A stretch of 64,000 nt of DNA from Bacteroidota bacterium (GTDB lineage: Bacteria; Bacteroidota; Bacteroidia; Bacteroidales; JAAUTT01): contig JAJYAG010000013.1 in NCBI GenBank assembly GCA_021779665.1, positions 4,076-68,075 on the forward strand, written 5' to 3'. The position numbers and the translations under genes were made by a program. Positions 45,083-54,643 of the stretch are shown in pieces (position 1 is the stretch's first letter; each line of letters begins with the position of its first letter). The notes beneath the pieces were generated by a model that worked only from the letters and a program-made list of their open reading frames with translations, had not been told where the DNA came from and searched no databases.

Positions 45083-47185
45083 TTAATTAAGTCCTCTTCG
45101 GTTTAAAAAAGGTTCTATCACAGGCTCTTTACCTCTGAATTGTACATAAAGCTTCAATAAATCGTCAGTTCCACTCTTAGCAAGAATGTTGTTGCGGAAA
45201 GCATCAGCAGTAGCTTTATTAAAAATCCCCTTTTCTTTAAAAGCTTCAAAAGCATCAGCATCGAGCATTTCGGCCCAGATATAGCCATAGTAACCTGCCG
45301 AATAGCCTCCGCTAAAGATGTGCTGATAATAGGTACTTCTGTAGCGGCTTACTATTTCAGGGATAAGGCCGAGTTTATCAAGCGCTTGTTTTTCAAATCC
45401 TGTTACATCAAAATTCTCTGGCATCTGGGATAGGGTATGATAACTCATATCCAGAAAGGAGGCGGCAAGATATTCGGTTGTCGCAAATCCCTGGTTAAAG
45501 TGCCCGCTTTTTACAATTTTATCGACCAGTTCCTTAGGGATTACTTCACCTGTTTCGTAATGTTTAGCATAAAAATTCAAAACTTCGGGTTCTACAGCCC
45601 AGTTTTCCATTATTTGTGAAGGAAGTTCAACAAAATCCGGAGGTACTGGCAATCCAGGATAAGTTGCGTCGTAAAGCAAATAATTTAAACCATGACCAAA
45701 TTCGTGAAAGAAGGTCGATACTTCGTCGAATGTAAGTAACGAAGGGGCATTTCCGGCAGGTTTAGAGAAATTACAAACGATGGAAACTACGGGGTCGATT
45801 TTTTTACCATCTTTCTTGTGTTCGCTGCGGAAAGTTGTCATCCAGGCTCCTCCTCTTTTACTTGCGCGTGGATGCATATCGAGGTACAGAATTCCCTGGT
45901 GGTTGCCGGCTGAATCGGTAACTTCATAAACCGTAACATCGGGATGGTATTTGGGGATATCCTTCAACTCTTTAAAGTTGAGACCATACAATTTATTCGA
46001 TACCTTGAAAATTCCTTCTCTTACATTGTCGAGTTTAAAATATGGCTTAGCCTGCGATTCATCCAGATCGTATTTTAATTTACGTTGCTTCTCGGCATAA
46101 TAGCGCCAGTCCCAGGCTTCAAGTTTAAAGTTGCCTCCTTCTTTTTTGATAATGTCCTGAAGTTCGGTTACTTCTCTTTTGGCAACCGGGAGGGTAGCTT
46201 TCCATATTTTATTTAACAGATCGAAAACCCGTCCGGGCGTTTTGGCCATATTTTCGGCTAAAACATATTCGGCATAGTTATTATATCCCAGAAGTTTTGC
46301 TTTTTCAATGCGCAGTTCTAAAATGCGTGCTATATTCTTTTTATTATCAAGAGAATCGTTGTTATTTCCGCGATTTATATAAGCCTGTTGAATTTGTTTA
46401 CGTAATTCGCGATTTGACGCATATTGCAGAAAGGGCATAATGCTTGGGTTATGGAGTGTAAAAACCCATTTTCCTTCGAGATTGTTTTCTTTGGCAGCAT
46501 CGGCAGCAGCATCAATAACTGTCTGAGGAAGGCCTGCTAAATCTTCTTTCTTTTCAATTATTAGTTTATAGCGGTTGTTTTCGGCTAAAACATTCTGACC
46601 AAATTTTAATGTTAATAGCGATAACTCTGAATTAATTTTTTTAAGTTTTTCTTTTTGCTCAGCCGGCAGACTTACTCCTGAACGTATAAAACTGCGATAG
46701 GTGTATCCTAGTAATGTATTTTGCTCGGGATTTAGATTCAGAGAGTCCTTTTTCTCATAAATCTCTTTAACACGGCCAAAAAGTTTTTCATTCATGAAAA
46801 GCTCATCATAAAAGGCCGAAATCTTGGGTGTGATTTTTTCGGCAACTTTTTGAAGTGTATCGTTTGTATTAGCCTCATTCAGGTTAGAGAATACTGAATA
46901 AACTTCTGTCAGCAGCTTTCCGCTGTATGCGATAGCCTCAACCGTGTTTTCAAAAGTAGCAGGAGCTGAGATACCGGCAACAGAATCAATTTCCTGCTTC
47001 GCCAGTTGAATAGCTGAGTCAATGGCCGGCTCGTAATGCTCCGGTCGGATCTGATCAAACGGCGGTACCTGAAATGGTGTATTAAAAGAACTTAATAAAG
47101 GGTTTCCCATCTTTTCTTGTTTTGTATTTTTACATGAAACAACAAAGATGGCCAGAATTGATAGTGAGAACAAAATTTTTTTCAT
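45083..47185 (-). CDS. dcp: M3-family peptidyl-dipeptidase
   Basis: 700-aa ORF with a signal peptide and the HEFGHG zinc motif (FFHEFGHGLN). Confidence 0.85.
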   Translation of the reverse strand: MKKILFSLSILAIFVVSCKNTKQEKMGNPLLSSFNTPFQVPPFDQIRPEHYEPAIDSAIQLAKQEIDSVAGISAPATFENTVEAIAYSGKLLTEVYSVFSNLNEANTNDTLQKVAEKITPKISAFYDELFMNEKLFGRVKEIYEKKDSLNLNPEQNTLLGYTYRSFIRSGVSLPAEQKEKLKKINSELSLLTLKFGQNVLAENNRYKLIIEKKEDLAGLPQTVIDAAADAAKENNLEGKWVFTLHNPSIMPFLQYASNRELRKQIQQAYINRGNNNDSLDNKKNIARILELRIEKAKLLGYNNYAEYVLAENMAKTPGRVFDLLNKIWKATLPVAKREVTELQDIIKKEGGNFKLEAWDWRYYAEKQRKLKYDLDESQAKPYFKLDNVREGIFKVSNKLYGLNFKELKDIPKYHPDVTVYEVTDSAGNHQGILYLDMHPRASKRGGAWMTTFRSEHKKDGKKIDPVVSIVCNFSKPAGNAPSLLTFDEVSTFFHEFGHGLNYLLYDATYPGLPVPPDFVELPSQIMENWAVEPEVLNFYAKHYETGEVIPKELVDKIVKSGHFNQGFATTEYLAASFLDMSYHTLSQMPENFDVTGFEKQALDKLGLIPEIVSRYRSTYYQHIFSGGYSAGYYGYIWAEMLDADAFEAFKEKGIFNKATADAFRNNILAKSGTDDLLKLYVQFRGKEPVIEPFLNRRGLN

Positions 47186-47303
47186 GTTATAGTTTTGTTA
47201 TTTAACCTCGAAAAATATGGCTTATAGGTATTATCCAAAATGATTAATTGCATGTTTCTTAATTTTATTTTAATCTTGATCATTTGTTCAAATTTTTAAA
47301 CAA

Positions 47304-48824
47304 ATGAAGTTCATTCTAAAACTCCTTTTTGTTGCAGTATCGGCTTTGACTATTTGCTGTTCTCAACCCAGATCGCATGCTTATTATATTGACTTCCGGA
47401 GCGGAAGAGATGATAATTCCGGCAGATCACCTTCTGCTCCGTGGAAAACAGTCAGAAATTTGCCGAAAATTATCGCGGGCGACAGTATTCTTTTTAAAGG
47501 AGGAATAGTGTACTCAGGAAATATCCTTTTCGATTCGATTAATGGCAGCGCTGAAAGCCCGGTTGTAATTTCTTCGTATGGAAAGGGTAAGGTAGTTATC
47601 GATGCCGGTGATTCTTCGGGCCTGGTAGTTAGAAACAGTGATCATTTTGTGATGAGTAATTTTTTGGTGAAAGGAAGTGGCAGGTTGAAAGGAAACGTAG
47701 GAAGCGGAGTGAAAGTGCTAAAATGTAACTTCTTTAAAATTGATAGTATTGAAGCCACCGGGTTTTTGTGGAGTGGATTAAATGTTTCCGGGGGAAGCAA
47801 TATCGAAGTTACCCGGGTTTATGCTCACGACAATGGGTTTTGTGGAATTTATGCCGAATCGGGCGAGAAGGAATATGGCCCGGATGGCTCTAAGTTCAGG
47901 ACACTGAGGAATCTCAGAATCGCTTTCTCAACTGCCGAAAATAATCCTGGTTGCCCCGTTATAACGGACAACCATAGCGGAAACGGGATTTTGATTGCCG
48001 GAGTTGTGAACGGTGTTATCGAACACTGTGAAGCCATGCTTAACGGGTGGGATATGCCCCGTGAAGGAAACGGTCCTGTTGGTATATGGGCTTATATGAG
48101 CGATAGTGTTCTTATAAGGCATTGTTATTCGCATCATAATAAAACATCGGCAAAGGGGAAGGATGGAGGCGGCTTTGATTTTGACGGTGGCGTCACAAAT
48201 TCTATGATGCAGTATAATACTTCCGCATTTAACGAAGGGGCCGGATATGGAATCTTTCAATATGCCGGCGCCACAGCATGGAACAATAACATAATTTGTT
48301 ACAATATTAGTTATGCTGATGGAATCAAAAACGGAAACGCTGGTATTTTTATGTGGTACGATCCTGTTGCTGTGCCAATGAAGAATTTTCATGCTTTTAA
48401 TAATACCATTGTTTCCAGCCAGCGATATGCGGTCAATTTTGATCCGGGTGTTTACGAGGACTTTCTGTTTGAGAATAATGTCTTTTTGCTGACCGGGACT
48501 GCTGAAAGGTTTATCGGTGGAAATTTTACGCGTGCAAATTTCAGAAATAATATTTATTGGTCGGTTGGAAATGGCCCTATGATTTCCCAGCCAAGGGTTA
48601 TTTACGAAAATTCGCCATTAGTTTTGGATCCTCTGATTGTCTTACCTGATTCTACTGATTTTAAACCTGTAATTGGTAAGCTGGAATTGTTACCATATTT
48701 CAGGCTAAAGGTGAATTCTCCATGTATCGGGAAAGGGAATTTAATTAGAATCGTAGGACTTGATTTCTGGGGAAACAGGGTGTCGGATAATATTGGAGCA
48801 GATGCATCGCAACCACGAAAGTAG
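47304..48824 (+). CDS. right-handed parallel beta-helix repeat protein (secreted)
   Basis: 506-aa ORF with a signal peptide. Repeated G-x-x-V/I-x-N coils are typical of pectate-lyase-fold proteins. Confidence 0.5.
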   Translation: MKFILKLLFVAVSALTICCSQPRSHAYYIDFRSGRDDNSGRSPSAPWKTVRNLPKIIAGDSILFKGGIVYSGNILFDSINGSAESPVVISSYGKGKVVIDAGDSSGLVVRNSDHFVMSNFLVKGSGRLKGNVGSGVKVLKCNFFKIDSIEATGFLWSGLNVSGGSNIEVTRVYAHDNGFCGIYAESGEKEYGPDGSKFRTLRNLRIAFSTAENNPGCPVITDNHSGNGILIAGVVNGVIEHCEAMLNGWDMPREGNGPVGIWAYMSDSVLIRHCYSHHNKTSAKGKDGGGFDFDGGVTNSMMQYNTSAFNEGAGYGIFQYAGATAWNNNIICYNISYADGIKNGNAGIFMWYDPVAVPMKNFHAFNNTIVSSQRYAVNFDPGVYEDFLFENNVFLLTGTAERFIGGNFTRANFRNNIYWSVGNGPMISQPRVIYENSPLVLDPLIVLPDSTDFKPVIGKLELLPYFRLKVNSPCIGKGNLIRIVGLDFWGNRVSDNIGADASQPRK

Positions 48825-48841
48825 TGTTTAAGAATTATTTC

Positions 48842-48849
48842 TACCTTTG
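48842..48849 (+). promoter_or_regulatory. Bacteroidota -7 promoter motif (TACCTTTG)
   Basis: Matches TAnnTTTG and lies 18 nt upstream of the ATG at 48867. Confidence 0.35.
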
Positions 48850-48866
48850 CAGCTTAAATTTTTTTG

Positions 48867-49463
48867 ATGATGCTGTTAGATGTTGATCCAAGGGCTAAAG
48901 CCCTGATCTTTGACCTGGATGGTACCCTCGCCGATTCCCTTCCGGTTCATATGGAATGCTGGGATGTGGTTTGCGATCAGTTTGGTTACCATTTCAGTAA
49001 GGAAGTGATGCTCGAAATGACCGGGATGCCTACTATAAAATTTGCCGAATACGTTAAGGAACAAAGCGGATGCAGTTTTACGCCCGAAGAAATTGCTAAA
49101 ATGAAGCAGGCAGAGTTTTTTAAACGGGTTGACCAAATTACCTTATTCGATCCTATTTTTGCTTTGGTGCTGAAATATCATAAGAAAATTCCTATGGCCA
49201 TCGGAACAGGAGGAAGCCGTAAAAGCGTGGAGCTAATGCTTGACTGGTTGCAGATTAAAGATTACTTCGATTATATTGTTACCGCCAATGACGTGGAGAA
49301 GCATAAACCGGAGCCGGATACATTTCTTGAATGTGCCCGTTTGATGGGCGTTGAACCTCAGTTTTGTCAGGTTTTTGAAGATGGTGATATGGGAATTCAG
49401 GCAGCACAAACTGCCGGAATGATTGTAACTGATGTTCGTCCTTATGTAGGCCATCCCATTTAA
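48867..49463 (+). CDS. HAD-superfamily hydrolase (beta-phosphoglucomutase-like)
   Basis: It carries the motif I sequence FDLDGTLADS and the terminal motif EDGDMGIQAA. The track ORF starts one codon earlier at TTG. Confidence 0.8.
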   Translation: MMLLDVDPRAKALIFDLDGTLADSLPVHMECWDVVCDQFGYHFSKEVMLEMTGMPTIKFAEYVKEQSGCSFTPEEIAKMKQAEFFKRVDQITLFDPIFALVLKYHKKIPMAIGTGGSRKSVELMLDWLQIKDYFDYIVTANDVEKHKPEPDTFLECARLMGVEPQFCQVFEDGDMGIQAAQTAGMIVTDVRPYVGHPI

Positions 49464-49474
49464 TTTCCCGGATA

Positions 49475-50389
49475 ATGCAGACCATCCTTCCCATTTTTTT
49501 AATTATTATTCTCGGCGCTTTCTTTTACAGGATTAAACTTGCAAAGTACACCTGGATTGAAGTTTTGAATGAATTTGTAGTTCGGATTGGATTTCCTTCC
49601 CTTATATTTTCAACCCTTGTAAAGCTGGAATGGGACGTGCAACTGCACGGTAAAATATTGTTGATGAACAGCATATTTGTACTTTTCTTTTTTGGTTTGG
49701 CGCTGGTTATAAGTCACCTTCTTGGTTTAAGCAAAAAACTGAGGCGTACACTTTTTCTGGCTGCCACTTATGGGAATATTGCTTATCTGGGCATTCCGGT
49801 TATCGAAATGTTCTTAGGCAAGGCCTTTTTGCCGGAGGCGTCTTTGATAACGGCTTGTTACCTGTTCTGGATTTTTACAGTTGGAATGATTTATCTAGAA
49901 TATTCAAAAACAGGCGAAGTAAGTATTGGTCCCGTTTTTATTAAGCTTTTGAAAAACCCGCTTATTATTTCGGTATTAGCAGGTGGCTTGGTTCTTCTGC
50001 TGGATATTTCTATACCCAAAATAATATTAAAGCCTTTCGAAATGATTTCCGCCGGAGTAACTCCGGTAATTCTTTTCTCGCTGGGTATATTCCTTGGTAA
50101 TTCAAAAATCGGAAAAATAAAGGATTGGATCCCTGTAATGGCACTCATTATTTTTGTATTAGCAATAAAACCTGCTATTTATTTATTGAGTGTTATGGGT
50201 CTGTCTTTGCCGGTTGCCAGCTTTCATACCTCCATTCTGGATGCGGGAATGCCGCTGGCGCTTACTCCGTTTGCCCTTTCGGGAGAGTTCGACCTCGATG
50301 CTGATTTTCTGGCCAGAGGCATTGTGTTAAGTACAATTCTTTCGCTGGTTTCCTTATCTTTGTGGCACAACGTGTTGTTGGGCTTATAA
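49475..50389 (+). CDS. AEC-family (auxin efflux carrier-like) transporter
   Basis: 304-aa polytopic membrane ORF with an N-terminal pattern typical of the Mem_trans family. Confidence 0.55.
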   Translation: MQTILPIFLIIILGAFFYRIKLAKYTWIEVLNEFVVRIGFPSLIFSTLVKLEWDVQLHGKILLMNSIFVLFFFGLALVISHLLGLSKKLRRTLFLAATYGNIAYLGIPVIEMFLGKAFLPEASLITACYLFWIFTVGMIYLEYSKTGEVSIGPVFIKLLKNPLIISVLAGGLVLLLDISIPKIILKPFEMISAGVTPVILFSLGIFLGNSKIGKIKDWIPVMALIIFVLAIKPAIYLLSVMGLSLPVASFHTSILDAGMPLALTPFALSGEFDLDADFLARGIVLSTILSLVSLSLWHNVLLGL

Positions 50390-50396
50390 AATTAAT

Positions 50397-51524
50397 ATGA
50401 TTATTGCCGTTAATACCCGGCTGTTGTTACCTCGTAAACTCGATGGCATTGGGTGGTTTACCTATCAGACATTAAAACGGATTACCCAAAGTCATCCTGA
50501 GCATCAATTTATTTTTTTGTTCGATCGCCCTTTCGATTCCCAATTTGTATTTCATAGCAATGTAATGCCATTGGTTGTTCCTCCTCCGGCACGTCATCCG
50601 GTGCTTTGGTATTTATGGCTAGAATGGCGTTTACCTCGCGTACTCAGGCGTTACAAAGCTGACGTCTTTCTGTCACCGGATGGTTTTTTGCCATTATCAC
50701 TTAATATTCCTACTGTTACGGTTATTCACGATATAAACTTCCACCATCGTCCTCTCGATTTGCCTTTTACATCCCGTTTGTACTACAAAACTTTCTTTCC
50801 TAAGTTTGCGCTTAAAGCAACCTGTATTGCTACTGTTTCCGAATATTCCAAAAACGATATTGTGAGTTCTTATGGCATCCAGCCCTCTAAAGTGAAGGTT
50901 GTTTATAATGGAGCGCACGAATGTTATAAACCTTTATCCACCGAAGAGAAAGCAGTTGTGAGGATGAAGTATACCGGCGGATCGGAATACTTCGTTTTTG
51001 TCGGGAGTTTGCATCCCCGCAAGAATGTTGATGGACTACTGAAGGGTTTTGACAGGTTTAAGAGTTTAACTTCTTCAACCTTTAAACTTGTTATTGTCGG
51101 GGAAAAGTTTTTCTTGAACTCCCATCTTGAGAAAACTTACCGGGAAATGAAATTCATGGATGATGTTTTTTTTACGGGCAGAAAAGAACCGGAAGAGCTT
51201 TCACAGATAGTGGGCGCTGCCTGGGCATTGGCTTTTGTTCCACATTTCGAGGGTTTTGGCATTCCTTTGCTGGAGGCAATGCAGTGCAATGTACCATCAG
51301 TTGCATCCAATGTAACGTCGATTCCTGAAGTTGCCGGAGATACAGCGGTATATGCAGATCCTTCTGATGTTAACTCCATTGCCAATGGTCTTTCATCCAT
51401 GGCTTTTAACCTGGAACTTCGTGAAAAACTTATTCAAAATTGCTCGGTACAACGTAGTAAGTTTTCATGGGATACAACTGCCAGTAAGCTATGGAATCTT
51501 ATTGAGTCAATCTTTCCTGAATAG
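50397..51524 (+). CDS. GT4-family glycosyltransferase
   Basis: 375-aa ORF with the C-terminal EGFGIPLLEAM motif of GT-B retaining glycosyltransferases. Confidence 0.8.
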   Translation: MIIAVNTRLLLPRKLDGIGWFTYQTLKRITQSHPEHQFIFLFDRPFDSQFVFHSNVMPLVVPPPARHPVLWYLWLEWRLPRVLRRYKADVFLSPDGFLPLSLNIPTVTVIHDINFHHRPLDLPFTSRLYYKTFFPKFALKATCIATVSEYSKNDIVSSYGIQPSKVKVVYNGAHECYKPLSTEEKAVVRMKYTGGSEYFVFVGSLHPRKNVDGLLKGFDRFKSLTSSTFKLVIVGEKFFLNSHLEKTYREMKFMDDVFFTGRKEPEELSQIVGAAWALAFVPHFEGFGIPLLEAMQCNVPSVASNVTSIPEVAGDTAVYADPSDVNSIANGLSSMAFNLELREKLIQNCSVQRSKFSWDTTASKLWNLIESIFPE

Positions 51525-51608
51525 CGCAATTTTTTCTTTCAAACTCTGTTTACAACTTCATACGTATCTGGTTTTTCAGATTAGGCCAAATTTCTATCTT
51601 TGTTGCAA

Positions 51609-52226
51609 ATGGTTGCTATGTCACTATTAAGCTACTTTCATCCCGATTTTATTGAAGCAGGCTGCGACGAAGCTGGTCGTGGATGCCTTGCCGGTCCGGT
51701 AGTAGCTGCTGCGGTCATCTTCTCAAAAGAGTATACCCATTGTGATCTCAACGATTCAAAACAGCTTTCGGCCAAAAACAGGCAAAGGCTTCGTTGCGAA
51801 ATCGAGCGTGATGCTCTTGCTTATGCAGTTGCATTTGTAAATAACGAGGAGATAGATCGTATCAACATTGTAAAAGCCTCGGTAAAGGCAATGCATATTG
51901 CTCTCGACAAGCTTACAATCAGGCCTCAGTTTATAATTATCGATGGTAATTATTTTATACCATATAAAAAGGTACCTCATAAATGCCATGTTAAAGGCGA
52001 TGGTAAATTTCTTTCCATTGCTGCCGCCTCTATTCTTGCAAAAACTTACCGCGACGAATACATGCAGCAACTTCATAAGGAGCATCCCAATTATTTATGG
52101 TGCGAGAATAAGGGCTACGCTACTGCCGACCATCGTCAGGCTGTACAGCAATATGGATTAACCAGTTACCACCGTAAGTCATTTTGTTCCAGTTTTGAAC
52201 AGTTAAGTCTGGACTTTGGCCAGTGA
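51609..52226 (+). CDS. rnhB: ribonuclease HII
   Basis: The GCDEAGRGCLAGPV active-site motif is present. The start is uncertain (ATG 51609 or 51618; track TTG 51600). A TATCTTTG -7 motif sits at 51595-51602. Confidence 0.85.
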   Translation: MVAMSLLSYFHPDFIEAGCDEAGRGCLAGPVVAAAVIFSKEYTHCDLNDSKQLSAKNRQRLRCEIERDALAYAVAFVNNEEIDRINIVKASVKAMHIALDKLTIRPQFIIIDGNYFIPYKKVPHKCHVKGDGKFLSIAAASILAKTYRDEYMQQLHKEHPNYLWCENKGYATADHRQAVQQYGLTSYHRKSFCSSFEQLSLDFGQ

Positions 52227-52393
52227 ATTTCAGAATATTTTCTGCTCTCTTTCAATAATAGCGGACTAAAGCCACAAACTAAGTAAATTTCGATATCCAT
52301 TTCACCTGTTGTTTAGCACAATTCATCGATTAAAATTGTTATCCTTTAATAAAAAATTAAAATTGCGAACTGTAAACCTAAAAAATTGAAGTT

Positions 52394-54547
52394 ATGAAGA
52401 AATTTATGGCACTGCTTCTGTCAGCGCTTATGTTTTTTACGTTCACGGCAAAAGCCGATGAGGGAATGTGGCTGCTCACCCTGCTGCAGGAACTGAATAT
52501 TAAAAAGATGAATGAAATGGGCTGTAAATTATCAGCCGATGACATCTACAGCATTAACAAATCCAGTTTAAAGGATGCTATTATTATTTTCGGTGGTGGA
52601 TGTACAGGTGAAATTGTATCCGATAAAGGATTGATTTTTACCAATCATCACTGTGGTTACGACGCTATTCAGTACCATAGTTCCCTGGAGCATAATTATC
52701 TCGAGGATGGTTTTTGGGCGAAAAATAACTCAGAGGAACTGTATACTCCCGATTTGAAAGCTACATTCCTTATTCGTATTGAAGATGTAACTTCCAAGGT
52801 TATGGCTGTGGTAAAGCCTGGAATGAAAGAAGAAGATCGTGAAGGCGCCATCGAACAGATAAAAAATCAGATTCAGAGTGAAGCTACCGCCGGAACTCAT
52901 TACACAGCTTCTGTTGACGATTTCTTTGGCGGTAACAATTTTTACCTGCTGGTATATGAAGTCTATAACGATGTCAGGTTGGTAGGAACTCCTCCAAATT
53001 CTATCGGAAAATTTGGTCACGATACTGATAACTGGATGTGGCCCCGTCATACCGGCGATTTTAGCGTGTTCCGGGTTTATAGTGGTCCTGATGGCAAACC
53101 GGCTCCTTATTCCAAAGATAACGTTCCTTTAAAGCCTCGTTACTATCTGCCTGTATCTACCAAAGGCGTTGAAAAGGGCGATTTTACAATGGTGATGGGT
53201 TATCCGGGCAGCACCGACCGGTATATGACTTCCTATGAAGTTTTGGAAACGATGAATATAACCAATCCTAACAGAATTAAAATTCGGGGAGTCCGTCAGG
53301 AAATTCTGATGAATGATATGATGGCCGATCCGAAAGTAAAAATTCAATACTCGTCCAAATACAGCGAATCCAGTAATTATTGGAAATACTCGATTGGCCA
53401 GAATCAGGGACTTGAGCGTCTTGATGTGGTCGATCGCAAACAACAGGACGAGAAAGAATTTCAGAATTGGGCAGATGCAGATCCTTCGCGTAAAGAAATG
53501 TACGGCAACGTTTTGTCATCTATTCAGCAGGCCATAGAAGCTCGTAAACCTTATACTCATTCCTTTCAATATCTTACCGAATGCTTTTTTCAGGCTTCTG
53601 AGATATTTCAGCAGGGGATTGGTTTTTACAGTTTATATGGTACTATGATGCTTACTCCCGATAGTACAGCAAAAATCAATCAATTGGTCGATAAGATTAA
53701 AAAATCGCAGGATGCCTTTTTTAAAGATTTCAATATTGAAACGGATAAAAAGGTTTCTGCCGCTATTTTTAAGTTATATGCGGATAACGTTCCAGCAGAA
53801 TTTCATCCGGAATTTCTTAAACTGATAAAGTCGAAATACAAGGGTAATTATGTAAAGTATGTTGAAAATCTCTACAAGAAGTCGTTTTTTGTGGACCGGG
53901 CTAAAATGGATGCTTTCCTGAGCAAGCCTTCAGCTGCTACTCTTACAAAAGACCCGGGATTTAAAGCTACGATGGATGTTATCAATGTTTATTTTGCGCT
54001 GCATTCAGCATCGGAAGAACTGGATAATCAGGTTAAAAAAGCCATGAGGAAATACATTGCCGGAACGATAGCCAAAAACAGCAATAAGACATTTTATCCG
54101 GATGCAAATTTTACCATGAGATTGACTTATGGTACTGTTGGTGATTATAAACCACGCGATGCGGTGTTCTATGATTATTATACCACATTAACCGGCGTGA
54201 TGGAAAAGGAAGATTCGACCAATTTCGAGTTCAATGTGCCTAAAAAACTCAAGGAACTTTATAAAACGAAGGATTTTGGTTCTTACGGTCAGGACGGAAA
54301 GTTGAGGGTTTGTTTTACAACTAATAATGATATTACCGGAGGTAATTCCGGAAGTCCTGTGCTTAACGGTAATGGCGAATTGATCGGTTTGGCTTTCGAT
54401 GGCAACTGGGAAGCAATGAGTGGAGATATTGTTTATGAGCCTGAACTGCAGAAATGCATTTGTGTTGATATCCGCTATGTTTTATTTGTAATCGACAAAT
54501 ATGCCGGTGCAAAACATCTTGTTGATGAATTGAAACTGGTGAATTAG
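52394..54547 (+). CDS. S46-family dipeptidyl-peptidase (DPP7/DPP11-like)
   Basis: 717-aa ORF with a signal peptide. The catalytic motifs are TNHHCG (His) and GGNSGSPV (Ser). Confidence 0.85.
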   Translation: MKKFMALLLSALMFFTFTAKADEGMWLLTLLQELNIKKMNEMGCKLSADDIYSINKSSLKDAIIIFGGGCTGEIVSDKGLIFTNHHCGYDAIQYHSSLEHNYLEDGFWAKNNSEELYTPDLKATFLIRIEDVTSKVMAVVKPGMKEEDREGAIEQIKNQIQSEATAGTHYTASVDDFFGGNNFYLLVYEVYNDVRLVGTPPNSIGKFGHDTDNWMWPRHTGDFSVFRVYSGPDGKPAPYSKDNVPLKPRYYLPVSTKGVEKGDFTMVMGYPGSTDRYMTSYEVLETMNITNPNRIKIRGVRQEILMNDMMADPKVKIQYSSKYSESSNYWKYSIGQNQGLERLDVVDRKQQDEKEFQNWADADPSRKEMYGNVLSSIQQAIEARKPYTHSFQYLTECFFQASEIFQQGIGFYSLYGTMMLTPDSTAKINQLVDKIKKSQDAFFKDFNIETDKKVSAAIFKLYADNVPAEFHPEFLKLIKSKYKGNYVKYVENLYKKSFFVDRAKMDAFLSKPSAATLTKDPGFKATMDVINVYFALHSASEELDNQVKKAMRKYIAGTIAKNSNKTFYPDANFTMRLTYGTVGDYKPRDAVFYDYYTTLTGVMEKEDSTNFEFNVPKKLKELYKTKDFGSYGQDGKLRVCFTTNNDITGGNSGSPVLNGNGELIGLAFDGNWEAMSGDIVYEPELQKCICVDIRYVLFVIDKYAGAKHLVDELKLVN

Positions 54548-54590
54548 AAAATTAAGTCGAAAGTATTTAGTCGTAAGTCCTAAGAAAATA

Positions 54591-54630
54591 AAAAAGGAGC
54601 CTTGAAAGTTGATTCACGGCTCCTTTTTTT
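54591..54630. terminator. bidirectional terminator between the DPP gene and glmS
   Basis: GGAGCC pairs with GGCTCC. AAAAA precedes the stem and TTTTTTT follows it. Confidence 0.65.
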
Positions 54631-54643
54631 ATGCGGAAATATT

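Noticed and set aside
50364-50379. TGGCACAACGTGTTGT at the end of the AEC transporter gene, upstream of the GT4 gene
   Set aside because: It resembles a sigma-54 box, but the TTG is shifted by one nucleotide (N6 rather than N5 after TGGCAC) and it lies inside coding sequence. Sigma-54 spacing is strict.
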